A DNA stretch of 64,000 nucleotides from Podarcis cretensis (GCA_951804945.1 OX638149.1:105338001-105402000); one strand, 5' to 3'. Shown: positions 12,401 through 25,097, counted from the stretch's first letter. Notes: generated by a model not told the origin, from the sequence alone. Made by a program: numbers and translations.

Positions 12401-15400
12401 ATTGAGTTGATATAGGCTGCTTGCCAATGTTACAATCACTGTAACAGGTTTTCATTTTTCCCAGGAGGAAGAAAGCAATCACTTTTGTGATGGCTTCTAG
12501 AGAACACAGTAGCAAAAGTCTATATGTTTCCATTTAGGCTTTTCAGAGGTTTGGGTTTGGGGAGACATAATCTGCCGGTGGCTGCGTAGTGAACAGTGTT
12601 CCTGAAAAGCAGAGATTAACTATGATGCTTTGTGTTGCTCAAGTTGTTTGAGAAGCAAATTTTGCATTTTTCTACCTCTTTCTTGAAAGCAAACGTAGCT
12701 CCCACATCTGCACATCAGTTTCGTCCCTGTAGCCTAGTCCCCAAATCTCTATTGGCTATGACAAACGTGAGACTATGACATTTATCTCCCCCATCCCTTT
12801 TGAATGCTATTTATTTCTCTCAATTAACTGGCTAAATTAATGTAGAGGGGTCACTGTAGATGCATCATTAGGGTTTAGTTGCAAATGTACATTATCTTTT
12901 ATATCTGTTTTAAGTTGTTTATTGATTTTCCTCAAAGAATTCTGGCACTCTGAGAACTGAATGCCAGACTAGATTAGTTGTTGACTGATCCATCAGGGCA
13001 CTTCTTAACGGGAGATGGTGAAGGTGTTGATAGTTTTCTGCTAGAGCTCCCTAGCGTGCACACTCCCCCAGTCCCACCTGAGCTGCAGTTTCCACGATTC
13101 CCAGAGACAGGAAATTACTATTGAACCAGTTTAAGGCTACAGTCTATATACATTTACTTGGGAAGTCAGCCTCCTTGAATTCAGTGGCACTTCATGGTAG
13201 ACATGCATGGGCTTGTGCTGCTGGTCTGTAGTGCAGATATGCAGAGAGAATAAAATGTCACTTTCTGAATACAGGGATGGATTGATTAGAGTCAGGAACA
13301 GTATCTACTGATCCTGCAGATTGGTACTTGCTGTCGGTCCATTTCTCACTTTTCAGCTGCCCCCTGCTCTATTGCCTAATCCGGTGGCTCTTCAAGTTTG
13401 CTGCATTGAGGAGGGGTATTTGGATTGCTGCTTCCCCCTCCCTTTCAGTAGACCTTTCTTAACATTATGTCCATCATGTTGTTGGCTACTTGAAAGGCTT
13501 CTGAATCCAAAAGGTTAGATTGACGCATGCCTTGAGTGGAATTCCACCCATGGAACTGCCTTGCTGGAGAAAGAAGCAGGGCAATTGCCTCTCGCAGAAT
13601 GACATCTAACCAGCCTTCAATCAGCTGTTCCACTTAATATAGCTTATTTGGGGCAAGGAAGGTCTGCAGGAAAATCAGGCACACAGCTGGGGATCTATTT
13701 AATGTTTCTCCTATAGTTGCTCATGTAGTTGTATATCCAAGCTGCTTTTCTCTTGCTTTGCAGTAGGTTTGAAAATTTCAAAGAGTGCTATAAAATACCA
13801 CAAATGAGTGGGGAAGCATTTTGGGGTACACATGATCTGTTACGTTTGTTTTTCTCCTGTTCAGTTTTTCTCTTTCCCCTTCTATTCTTGTTGGGCACTT
13901 TTCGAACAGGTGCTGCTGCGCTTCTGTTCAATACAAATTCTACCTTGATTTGGATAGTGCCTGAAATGGCAGATCTGGAGCCATACCCCGAAAGAGCAGC
14001 CCTTTCAGTTACTATACAAACTGGTTCTTGGAGGCTCAATCCCCAGAGCAGGAATAGCAGCACAGTGCAGCTTCTATGGGTTGATCTGCGGCTTCCATCA
14101 TGCCCATGGCCCTTGCTGTCTGGGGCAGACAAGAAGGCACTATGTTATTTTTCTAAAAAAAGAGGTGCCAAAATTCACCATGAACACCTTCCTCGGTCTC
14201 TTCTGATGGCAATGGCGTCCACCTGAGAGGTGCCGGAACTGAGTTCCAACTGAAAATAATATATGGCAGGGGTAGCCAGGGCTTCTTTTTCTTCAGCCAA
14301 GAAAGTACTGTTCTTGTTTTGGCTTGACATTGTTTTTCATCTGAAGGTTTTTCTGAGGTTAAACGGCAAGGAAGAAACATGGAACTCCACATCACATCAC
14401 CGATAATGTTCAACTTTTGTGTAAATCTTGTACAAACATTTAGCACCGTTTGTTTCTATTCTCACCCACCCCTTAAACAATGTTCCAAATGGATTGATGA
14501 TGTTAATGTAGCTGTGGCTTTTTTTGTTTTTGTTTCCCAGCTACTCCATATCCTGGGGGATTCAAGTGTTTCACCTGTGAAGAAGCAGTCGACAACTATG
14601 ACTGCAACCAGTGGGCTCCAGATATCTATTGCCCAAGAGGTAAATGAGCTGTGTGTTTGCAGTGAAGGTGTTTTCAGAATGTGCGTTCGTCTTAGATGTG
14701 GTTGAAACTTGCTACACAGATTCTTCTAGCAGATATAGGCCTTCCTGCCACCTCTAAGGAATTGTACTGAGGACAGAATATTGCCCACCTGTGAATCACT
14801 CTGCATCATGATTTCAGGTGAGCTGGTTTTGCCTGCAGCAGGCATAGGCATCATGCACAGACCTAACCATCAGTTCATTTCTTTGAGAACACTGTGCAAG
14901 GCTTCACAGATCAGCTGATTGGCTGTGTCTGACAATCAGCTGATCAGCAGTTCCCACTTGGCTGAACCACGTCCTTACCTGTCCCATGCCTGACATTCTT
15001 TATGAAATGAGGTGTGGGGCAGGAGGCATGGCCTGATTAGGCCCACAGTCCAGAGGTTCCTACCCCTGCAGTGCTAGATTTAGCTGAGGGGGTACAAAGT
15101 AGAGAAGACCTATCATTGAGAAGGTTCATTTGGGGGCACCCAATTTTGGGCTTGCTCAAGGTGCCCTACTACCACAGACTACCTGACCCCTGCACTATGG
15201 AGAAGGAAGCAGCTTCGAGGCCTTTTAAATAACTCATAATCTGGGCCTCTTGTGTCTCAGTTTTACTTTAATTTCAAATAGTTTTTATTACGTTATGTTG
15301 GCTTGCTTTTTTCCAGAGAACTCCTGTTATGGGAAGGCTACGTACATAAACACAAACAAACCAACCCAATTTCATATTTAATTTGTATACTGTACCCTAG

Positions 15401-18400
15401 ATGGTTTACACCTTAAATGTACAACAGTCACAATTGCCATCCCATAACATTTCAAAGTACAGTGGAACCTCAGTTTTCGAGCATCTCGGAAGCAGAATGA
15501 TTTGGAACCAGAACACCAAAAACCCGGAAGGAATTGGTTCCTTTTTCGAGCACGCCTCAGAAGTCAAACGGCTTCCGCTGCATGTTTTTCCATTTTTCCA
15601 ATGGATTTTGCGGACTGCCCATTGATCCTCGGTTTTCGAATGTTTCAGAAGTCGAACGGTCTTCTGGAACAGATTATGTTCGAAAGCAGAGGTTCCAGTG
15701 TTAGAACAATTCAAGAATACATTTCACATACAGTATTCCAAGACAATATTAACTAAATACCAGCAAACAAAAAAGCAAAATAATCCCACTGATTGCACAT
15801 TACAAACAATTTGCAAATAGCCATTCTAGAAGCCCCTTTCTCTGCTTCCTGTAGGATTCCTCTCATCCCCTGTGTATTCTTACCCATCTCTTTCAACTTG
15901 AGTCCACTCTCAAACACTCTGTGCATCCACTGTTCCTCTGCCTTCCCTCTCATCCATTCAGACCCTTCACCCCAAAACCTTTCTTCACTTTCAAGCAACT
16001 CCCTCCCACATTCACATCCACCAGCCTATCTTTTATAAACAAATATGGAGGCAAGCTTTCTCCTCAGTCTTATTTCAGACTTCAGTGCTTTGGAGGCTGG
16101 CAGCAACATCTGCAGTCCCTTCTAGATCGGTGTAGAACTTCCACATGGTCTGGCCTTACCATTTAATCTGCTGGGATAGATTTGATGACCACAGACGGTG
16201 TTGTCGTTCTGTTCCCAATGACGAGACTATAGGGAAGCAGCAAATTTGTGGAAGCATTTTAATTCAAGTGAATATAGACGCTAGGGTTACCTCATAAAAT
16301 ATGAAGCTGGTAGACACAGAACAATTAAAACAGCCCAGTTCCGATATTTTTATTCTAGTCCTGCTCAGAGTGTGGCAACTAGTTGGAAGGAAGCCAATGC
16401 AGTGGAAAACTAGTTTGAAGGAAGGAAGGGAAGGCAGACACCATGTTTTGCTCCCGCTATGGGAGAAGGATGCTGGGGGTATACTATGCTCTGCCAGGTT
16501 GCTTGAAAATGATGCTGCCCATGAGGAATGAAACTGGATTTTCTAAGCACTCAGCACACTTTTCTGAGCAGAGCAAGATGGCAAAGTGGGTTGAAGTGGG
16601 TAAATGCATTTTATAGGGAGTTGAAGGACTGGTGTCCTCTTTCTCAAGCTCTTCTAAAATGAATACCCTGCGGATACACAAGAGCAGGCCTTTTCTGTGG
16701 TGGCTCTCCATTTGTGGAATGTTCTCACCAGGGAGGCTTGCCTGGTATCTAGGTGCCGTTCAAAAGCATTCCTTTTTTCCCAGGAATTTGGCTTATTAAA
16801 CAATCTATGGCCTTTTAAACTGGCGGGAGGGGGATTATTTGGGGGGACGTGCGGTATGTTATATATTTTTGTGTTTTTATATCGTAAACTGCCCTGTGAT
16901 CCTCAGACGAAGGGTGGTATAGAAATTTAATTTATTACTATTATTATTAATACCTTAGATTCCAGCCAATTTACATGAACTTTCTATTTGGGGGCAGAAT
17001 AACGATTTGTGGGAGCAGCCACACTCCCCAAAGCTGTATTACAATGAGCTGCTCAATAAAACATAAAGTGAGCAGCAGCACCGACTTCTGAAAATATTTC
17101 CCAGCTTCAAAGAGACATGATTTGGGGTATTAAAGGGAGAGTGGCTAATTAGGCTGCACAACAGCTTACATTTTTGGACTCATGTTTCCATTACTCCCGT
17201 GAATTCATTAGTGTAGCTCATAAGCTACCTGCTTTTGATGATTTAGCTGAGATGCACTTGCCATAGTTAGGCTTCTATTAAAGCTCTTTTGTGTTATCTA
17301 CTTTGAAAGATAGCGGGAGCCTTTTACATCTCCTCTCAGTGGGATTGCTATACATCTGCAAAATATGGGATTTGGAGGCTGGAATCGACTGGGTGGAAAA
17401 TCTAATCCATCTTTTAACTTTGCCGCAAAGGCTCCACAAGCTGCTTAGACTCACAGCTTTTGGATAACCTTTTTATTCTCATAGTCTTATGACTACATTA
17501 GCTGAACTATCAAAATACACGGCAAATGATGTACATGCTAGCTAGATATTAGTGCTAGCCAGAATCAGGTTCACTTACTTCTTAGAGAATGTGAAATCCC
17601 CAAAGACATTGAGAGAGATTACAGAATAATGGGATGCTGTTAATGAGTAAATGGCTTCAGGATAGCAAGCTTTGAGGCATTGGACTGCACAGTCTAGAGG
17701 CTTTTGTTTTTAAAAGAAAGGTTCGGTTTATGAAAATGTGTAAAGGAGATGTGCAAAATAGATGAAGGCAGAAGTTCTCTTGGAAGCTTCCCAAGATTTA
17801 CATTTTGCACTCCATTTCTAGTGTTATGAAAGAGGGGGAAAACCCTTTTTATTTCCACTTTCTCCATGCCACGTATAATTTTATAAACTTCTACCATGTA
17901 ACCTCTCGCTTGCCTTTTCTCCAAACAAAAAAGCCCTATGAAACCTCTTACAAACAGGAAAAATACAAAAACATTTTTTCCCCCTGTCCTGGCAGCTACA
18001 CGATATTGCTATACTCAACACACGCTGGAAGCCAATGGAAAGAGTGTATCTGTTACCAAGCGCTGTGTTCCTCTGGAGGATTGCCTGTCTACAGGATGCA
18101 TAGATCTCCAGCATAAGGGTTTGAAGGTAAGAAGTGAAATGGACGATCCTTGCTCCACGCTCACTCCAACACAGAGCAGATCTTTTTCACACCACGTGTG
18201 TGTATCTACCCAACAAAATGGGGACATGGCCATTTTAGTTAGGATGATTTATTTTTGTGTCTTTGTTTTTGTATTCAGATAGGCACCAATTTATTAAGCA
18301 TTGCATAAAAGGAGGAACTGAGGTGAGGATTGTTGGCACCCCAAAATTAAGTAAGCATATTTGCTATTAAAACTGGATGGTTGTAAGTAAGCATTTATCA

Positions 18401-19904
18401 AGTGGAAGTTTGGGGAAATAGAAACCCCTTGAACCATAGGCTAATCCTACATACAGTGTTTTTTTCCTAAAAGAAAAAAATAAAAAAAATTAAGGGGTAT
18501 TCTCATTTTCCTACTCATATTGAAACCCTGCCCCTCAATGAGGCCAAACTTAGATTCACAAAATGTTTAGGGGTATGCATTCCCCTCCCCCCCCCCCCCA
18601 GTAAAAAAGCACTGCCTACATATGTTTCTCAACTATAGTTTGGGTGCTACCAAGATGGTTTTATGCACGTGATGGTAAGTTAACTTTTGGAAGTGGTTAC
18701 CTGTAATCATGTGAATAAAACTGGTTCATTTTTAAAACACAGAAATATTGTACATACCTTCCATGGGGTTCTTGGGTGATTTTCTCCAAAGTTCACAACA
18801 GCTGGCCTTTTTTTTCATTTGGAAATGATCTGGAAACAGATGAGGTTGTCTTTGTTATTAATTTCTTGAGACTGCAGCGGTACCTCTAGTTGCGAACGCC
18901 TCTGGTTGCACACACTGCGGGTTACGAGTTCCGGTAACCTGGAAGTAGCTGCTCCCAGTTGCGAACTTTGCCCTGGGATGCAAGCGGAAATTGCGCACCA
19001 GAGAGACACACGCAGCGGGAGGCATGCTTTTGCTAATGGTGCCCCAGGTTATGACCGGTTTCCGGTTATGAATGGACCTCTGGAACAGATTCCGTTCATA
19101 ACCAGAGGTACCACTGTATACAGAAATTTTGTATTATGTGAGTTTTGGTTAGCCTTACATTTCACACCACAATACAACTCAGCTCCAAAAAAAAACTATT
19201 TTAGGCATGGTAGCAGCTTCTAGAGGGGTAGCACTTCCTACTTTAAGTTGCAAGTGGGGATTGCATTCAGCTGAATTTTCTCCCACCCTGAAAGGGCTTG
19301 GGTACATCCAGTGGGATTTTTAAAAACTTGGCTGTTTTTTCTTTAAAAACAAAACTTCAAGCCATAAATCCAAATGGCATCCTAAAGTCCTTCCTAGTTC
19401 CAAAAGTGGTGTGCGTGCACACAAAAACTTATACCAAGAACAAACTTAGCTGGTCTCTAAGGTGCTACTGGACAATTGTTTAATTTTTTTATATATTTCG
19501 ACTGCATCAGACCAACACGGCTACCTACCTGAATCTGGAAACAGGCAGATAAATTAGCCCTTTCCTGCAACTTCTGTAATCTAAATTTCCATTTTATTTT
19601 ATATTTCTATTAGCATTTAAAAACAAACAAACAAACCCAAAACCTGGAACTTGGAGTGTCACATGTAGTTGTCTCAATATGACGAAGGTCTTTTCACATA
19701 TGGAGCAGTTCTCTTGACCAATACTTTTTTTCCTTTTTCTAGGTCTGCACTTCGTGTTGTGAGGGAAACATCTGTAACTTGCCGTTACCCAGAAATTCAA
19801 GCGATGCCATATTTGCAACAACAACTCCCATAAATCACACACAGAGACATTTGCAAAGTGTACCAGTCATAATGGCATGTCTCCTGCTAGTTTTTGCTAC
19901 GTAG
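9287..19904 (+). CDS. LYPD6: LY6/PLAUR domain-containing protein 6, spliced CDS join(9287..9404,14541..14639,17996..18126,19743..19904), 510 nt = 169 aa + stop
   Basis: Four exons (118/99/131/162 nt) join in frame with GT-AG ends. Signal peptide, then [25 protein letters not shown]...CCEGNICN with 12 LU-domain cysteines, then a hydrophobic GPI-type tail. Adjacent and convergent to MMADHC as in other vertebrates. Confidence 0.97.
9438..9686. mobile_element. hAT non-autonomous element
   Basis: TIR caagggtcagcaaa / tttgcctacccatg; perfect 8-bp TSD TATTAAGA (9430-9437, 9687-9694). Confidence 0.88.
14541..14639 (+). CDS. LYPD6: LYPD6 second coding exon
   Basis: ttttgtttcccag acceptor; (T)[32 protein letters not shown]; donor G|gtaaat. 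Confidence 0.96.
15460..15700. mobile_element. Tc1/mariner (Tigger-like) MITE
   Basis: TA|cagtggaacctc ... gaggttccagtg termini; CpG-rich internal ttcgaa repeats. Confidence 0.8.
16670..16950 (+). mobile_element. L2-clade LINE 3' fragment
   Basis: RAFSVVA-x-LWN-like translation followed by typical 3' end gggtggtatagaaattt and (TTA)n. Confidence 0.65.
17805..17937 (-). mobile_element. CR1 LINE ORF2 C-terminal fragment
   Basis: - strand [23 protein letters not shown] resembles the CR1 LEKRRLRGDMIEVYKI motif. Confidence 0.75.
17996..18126 (+). CDS. LYPD6: LYPD6 third coding exon
   Basis: ttttttccccctgtcctggcag acceptor; (A)[43 protein letters not shown]; donor AAG|gtaaga. Confidence 0.96.
18454..18614. 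mobile_element. hAT-type MITE
   Basis: TIR cagtgttttttt / aaaaaagcactg; perfect 8-bp TSD CCTACATA (18446-18453, 18615-18622). Confidence 0.88.
18875..19116. mobile_element. Tc1/mariner MITE
   Basis: cagcggtacctct / agaggtaccactg|TA termini. Confidence 0.82.
19409..19535 (+). mobile_element. Penelope-like element pLTR fragment (degenerate hammerhead)
   Basis: Same sequence family as 54584-55116 (gtgtgcgtgcacac...ataccaagaacaaacttag.tggtctctaaggtgctactggacaatt...agaccaacac). Confidence 0.75.
19743..19904 (+). CDS. LYPD6: LYPD6 last coding exon
   Basis: tttttttcctttttctag acceptor; [53 protein letters not shown] then TAG at 19902-19904. Confidence 0.96.
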   Translation, partial: VCTSCCEGNICNLPLPRNSSDAIFATTTPINHTQRHLQSVPVIMACLLLVFAT

Positions 19905-20665
19905 ACATCCCAGGATAAAGTGCCACTTACATATTGAGAAAACCATTCAAGGGTGAAAGTATTTATGAATACATATGACTTTAATTTAATATATGTTTTT
20001 AAACCCTTCTTTCTTAGTGACATTTCTAAAGTCAGCTGTCTTGAATTCCTTTTAGCCTTGGCTGATTAAAAAGCCTTTGTTTTAATCTGTGTCTTTGGTT
20101 TAAAAAAGAAGACAGAATTTTGTTGTAACTCTAATAATTTGAAGGAAACCTTTTGTAATCAAAAGATTTTGGTCACTGCAAATACTTGATCGAAAAGGTA
20201 TATTTCTTCCTAAGTAGTAGCTTTCAACTTCTGAAGGGAATATATCTAGAGTTTTGTACATAACAGTAAAGAAATTAAAACCAGGGCTCCCCAGTGAAGC
20301 CACTCCACTATGCAAAAAAAGGCTTTTTGATTAATCAGCTGACAGCACTAAAGAAATATTAGTTGATTGATCATTCTAGTTTTAATAAACTGCATACGTT
20401 ATGGCATATGAATGAAAAGATCCTCTTGAAGGAAAAGTATTCTTGATTCATGCATTTATGGAAAACAGGTACCAGCTTAGAGGCATTTCCTTATGTGTGA
20501 TGAAGGAAGTCCATGGCTCTTCCAAGATGGTTCCTGCACCTTCTGCTTTTTGAAGGGTCAGTGTTTTCCTTTTAAAAAAATAAGTAGCATTTTCTTTCAC
20601 ACATCTGTTACCCAGTTAATTTGGGTCATTGTTTTAATACAGGCCTGTTTTAGGCATGTCTGAAA

Positions 20666-20999
20666 ATTTATTATTAATACCCCGCCCATCTGGCTGGGTT
20701 TCCCCAGCCATATTAAAACCATGATAAAACATCTAACATTAAAAACTTCCCTAAACAGGGCTGCCTTCAGATGCCTTCTAAAAGTCAGATAGTTGTTCAT
20801 TTCCTTGACATCTGATGGGAGGGCATTCCACAGGGCGAGCGCCACTACCAAGAAGGCCCTCTGCCTGGTTCCCTGTAACTTTGCTTCTCTCAGTAAAAGA
20901 ATTGCCAGAAGGCGCTCAGCGCTGGACCTCAGTGTCCAGGCAGAACGATGGGGAGTAGAGACGCTCCTTCAGGTATGCTGGGCTGAGGCCATTTAGGGC
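20666..20999 (-). mobile_element. L2-clade LINE 3' fragment in the probable LYPD6 3'UTR
   Basis: - strand VVALALWNALPSDVKEMNNYLTFRRHLKAALFRE; closely similar to 42762-43098. Confidence 0.85.
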
Positions 21000-21669
21000 A
21001 GCACACACATGCACAGCCCCAAACCTGGAAACGTCAGAAAGACATCACTAAAAGGGCAGAACAGTGTGCAAACGGGGAACTGCCTGTATTTCAAAAGGCT
21101 TTTAATTTAACCAATTAATAGAGTAAGAAGACTGCTGTCCTGTATACACTTCCCCAAGGGTGAAGACCATTGGACTCAATGGGGCTTTCTGAGTAGAGTC
21201 CTGCACATTCTGTGTGCACCTCTCTCATCCAGTGGAACATTCCTCTGAGTAAACTTTTCCAGGAGGGCACTGCACATGTTGCAAACCCAGTTTTGATGTG
21301 CTTTACAGATACATCCCCATTTCCTTTGTGGATCCGTCCCTGTGATCGATGCTGGTTGTGTGCATTGGAGCCCCTTAAAAGCTGCACATTGGGCATTGTT
21401 AGGCTGCTGTCATGGGTCACCTACAAAATGTCTAATGAGAATCCAAGTTTGGATCGGAACTTCTTGACAGAGGAACGTTGTGGACAAATTTCTTTTCACT
21501 AAGGAAATGCTTCCACTGAAATGTGTTTTACTAATCCAGACAATACTTTTGGCACATCAGAGGGTTTATTTTACATACTAGATCACAGTATTTATTTTTT
21601 TATGACATGATCAGGATTGGTGACACGTTATACAGTGTTCTATTGTTAAGCAGCTATGGGCGGTGCATG

Positions 21670-21940
21670 GGCTGTTAGTATGTCATGGCAAACCATGGTT
21701 GATTGCTTACTGTGAAAGTGCAGAATGTGTAGCTCCCACTTCTTTCTTGTTCACTAGTGAGTGGAGGCAATGAGATACGGTCCTCTGGTGTAACATCAAA
21801 TCCTAACTGGAGCAAAACACCAGCTAACCTTGGTTGATATGTTGGGGATCATCACGGTTTGTCGCTCCCACTTGAGAAGTGGGTATCATGGTGTGTTCCC
21901 ACAAAACAACCATGACTTGCTATGATATATGTTTTCAGCC
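21670..21940. mobile_element. Old MITE-like inverted-repeat element
   Basis: Imperfect ~32-bp inverted termini ggctg..tatgtcatggcaaaccatggttg / caaccatgacttgctatgatata..cagcc. Confidence 0.55.
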
Positions 21941-24092
21941 TATATGTGACAATGACAATTTTTTTAGACTAGTGCTGTGGGGGTAGGGAAGTAAAGCTGA
22001 AGCTAATTCAAATATGTGTCACTGCCTTATGACAGTATAAAGGATCAGTGGGATTTTATATACAATGAACAGCCGTGTAATCATGAGTTATAGTGATTTT
22101 TATGAGTTGTCTTTGGCTTTTTATGATGTTTGGCTAATGCTGATCCACGGGGACCTGGCACTTTTCCAAGTTACAACGCATATTCTTGCTGTAAACCAAG
22201 GGGAGCGGGGAGGGGAAAATGGGAATAGGGAACTGTGATCAAATGTACTCCAATAAGAAACCTTTTCTAAATCCTAAGTGCTTCATAAAAACTTCTGTCC
22301 AAAGCAAACAAACCAGCATCTACCAGCCTCATATTCTGTGCTGTGTTTGTAGACACACACCCAAATCCTAAAATATTTGTAATTCAGCTACTTTATGAAA
22401 ACATGAACTCTCGTATTCATTGCAGGACTTTGTGTGTGGGATGTATGTGTATAAATAAATGTAAACCTGCTGCTTATATTATAAGAACAGGCCATACTAT
22501 CCATTTATGCATCAAGGCGCACACAGGAGTCTGAACTGGAGGGAACTACCTGGAAGTAATTTTCACTGTTTTTTTCAGCAGTCCTGGTTCAAAGTCCCAT
22601 GTACACTGCATTTCATGGCTAGGGGGAATCAGTTGGGAGTCAGATCCATTGGCAATGTAAGACATCATGATGTTGATAAAATTAGTCATGAAGTCCCATT
22701 GAAAGCAATGAGATGCATTTAGTTGTGTGACTAACTTACGTTATTCAGCAGGGATAAATAGGGGTTATTGAAATTTCAAGGAATATATTTGAAAACAAGG
22801 TGTCTCCATCCAATTTTGGTCAATTCTCATTTACTCCATTTTAGAAGTCACCTTGACCCTCAGGAGTGGCTTTTTTGGAGGTAGGGGGCAGTAAAACTCG
22901 CCTCCCTCTTCTTGTTCCTGGGATCCAACCCAGCCATGTCTCTCTCTGCAAGCAATGGCTTGTTTTTTGTTTGTTCGTTTCTTACATCATATACATTTTA
23001 ATCCGTAACCTCTAATTTCATACACCAGATCTGACATACCCTTTTCCTGAGGCCCCGTGTAAAATCTAGTTCAAATATAATTGCAGTTCAAAGGGATGCA
23101 AGACTGACAATTGGGACCGCTCATCCAATGTTGTGGCATACCACTAAAACGGTTGCGATTGGACAGGAAGACGTCACTTCAGCCAGCTTTTAATCTTCTG
23201 TACTACTGAGCTTGTTTCATAGAGTACCCCTCAACTTACCAAAGTCATGACTGGGGCTGAAACTGTGTGCCAAAATATATGTTCGATTTATATGCTCTTT
23301 AAGTCATGTTGCATCAGTAATTTGGAAAGCACTTTCCATATTATAGAAATGTGAAAGGATTACAAGGCACTTAGACGTTATCTACATACCACACTTGTGC
23401 ACTCACCATATGGAGGCAGATAGCAATGGCATCCCTTTGTGCCCTCGCCACACCACTGCTATGAAGTAATGTGACTAGGTCATATGGAGAGTTTCTGCAC
23501 CAATATGGCACCATTCATGGCAATGGCTAGCATGAAACAGGTGAGTGCCATCCTACACATTAAGAGTGTGGTGAGCACCTCATGGGGATGCTATTTTAAA
23601 CAGTCTCTATGTGATAGAGCTGGTCTACATGTTAATCACTAAGAGAATTGTTCGCATTGTGTCTTACAAAGAGATGTGTTGCATACATTGTGATCTCTGA
23701 AAAGGTAGTCAGTTGTTCGTTGTTGCACGATTGAACCATGTGGTTAAGCACTTCTTCACAAGCAAGAATGACTGAATTGTCCTGTCTGTGAAAGCTGTGG
23801 TTATTATAATGTGATACATCACTCAGGAAACTTATTATACTGCTCTGTAACCATTGAATTGGACCACACTTTGAAATCTTAATTTGAAAATTTTTCAGTC
23901 TAAGCATGATGGTGTTACTAAATTTGTATCTCTGCATTTGTATTTCATTCTGAATTTTAGATTTTTACGCTGTGAAAAAAATATTGAAATGTGTCTAAGT
24001 AAAAGCATGATCATCTGAAGCCATATTTGTGCAAAATCTCCTGGTTATTGTCCTTTCTACTGTTTTTGTAACCTTCTGTGGATGTATTCCTG

Positions 24093-24148
24093 TGTAAATA
24101 GTGCTCAGACTTGTTAATGTTGTAAATTTTGTACATTCTATAAATAAA
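24093..24148 (+). terminator. Probable distal LYPD6 polyadenylation region
   Basis: AATAAA at 24143-24148, preceded by several TGTA motifs (including TGTAAATA 24093-24100) and followed by T/GT-rich sequence. An alternative AATAAA lies at 20384-20389. Confidence 0.55.
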
Positions 24149-24328
24149 TAATGTTTTAAACATGGCATGTTTGAATGATTTTTCTATCTATAATCCTCAC
24201 ACTCTCTTTGACGATCTTTGTACTACTTAGCTCTAAGGAGCAAAGTTGTGTGCCAAGCTTTCTCTTTATTGTACAAATAGAGTAGCAACTAAGACCTGGT
24301 GTTTGCTTATTTATTTAAAATCATTTAT

Positions 24329-25097
24329 ACCTCTACAGGCACATACCCTCCACATATGGTGGGAATGCCCCCATATCCAACCTTTCTGGACAGCAATCTT
24401 ACAAGAAATAGGCAAAATATCCAAACAGATATTGGAACCCATCCCAGAGCCATCCCTATTGCATATTTTCCAAGACAATAATGTGCACTCACACTATAAA
24501 GAGCTCATAACCCACCCAACTACAGCAGCCAGAAGCACTATAGCTAGACACTGAAGAGACTTGTCAGGAGTGAACATGGACCACTGGTATCAAATCATAT
24601 GGGAAAACAGCCTTACTAGAAAAGCTAACCTACAGACTGACATGGGGACAAATAAAAGAGGACACCTTACCCTCCCCTTTATTACATACATGGCCTGAAA
24701 AGCCAACAAAAACCCACTAATAGCATATGAATCAATATGGCTAACTTGACTCAACAATACTCCCCCCCCCCGCGCGCCACGCACAAACAAATCTTACTGC
24801 AGTCAACTAAAGACAACCAACTATGCCTTGCCCCCACCAACCTCTCTCACTGCCAAGGGAAATAACAAATGAATAGAAAGAGAACCTACCCAAGTGATGC
24901 TGACACAAAACCCCCACACATACACTAAGTAAAAGAATGTAAGCTTTACCACCCTCCCACTTCTCCATCAACGTATACTGTATACAACATTAATGTCTCA
25001 CACTAAATGCAACTGATCACTAGAAATGGTTCTATGGCCTGAAAAAAAGAGACAATGCGCATACTATTGTAACCCAAGAAAATCTTCAATAAAAATT
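24329..25097 (+). mobile_element. L1 3' fragment (same family as 26831-30940)
   Basis: HIWWECPHIQPFW zinc-knuckle remnant, C/A-rich 3'UTR, ends aaaatcttcaataaaaa; aligns to 29870-30940. Confidence 0.88.

Noticed and set aside
13729-14226. 165-aa ORF (and overlapping 114-aa antisense ORF) in a LYPD6 intron
   Set aside because: Non-ATG start, no recognisable domain, no supporting exon structure
9287-19904. Three-finger toxin gene, or LYPD6B
   Set aside because: The [13 protein letters not shown]-terminus, 12-Cys pattern, GPI-type tail and adjacency to MMADHC identify LYPD6
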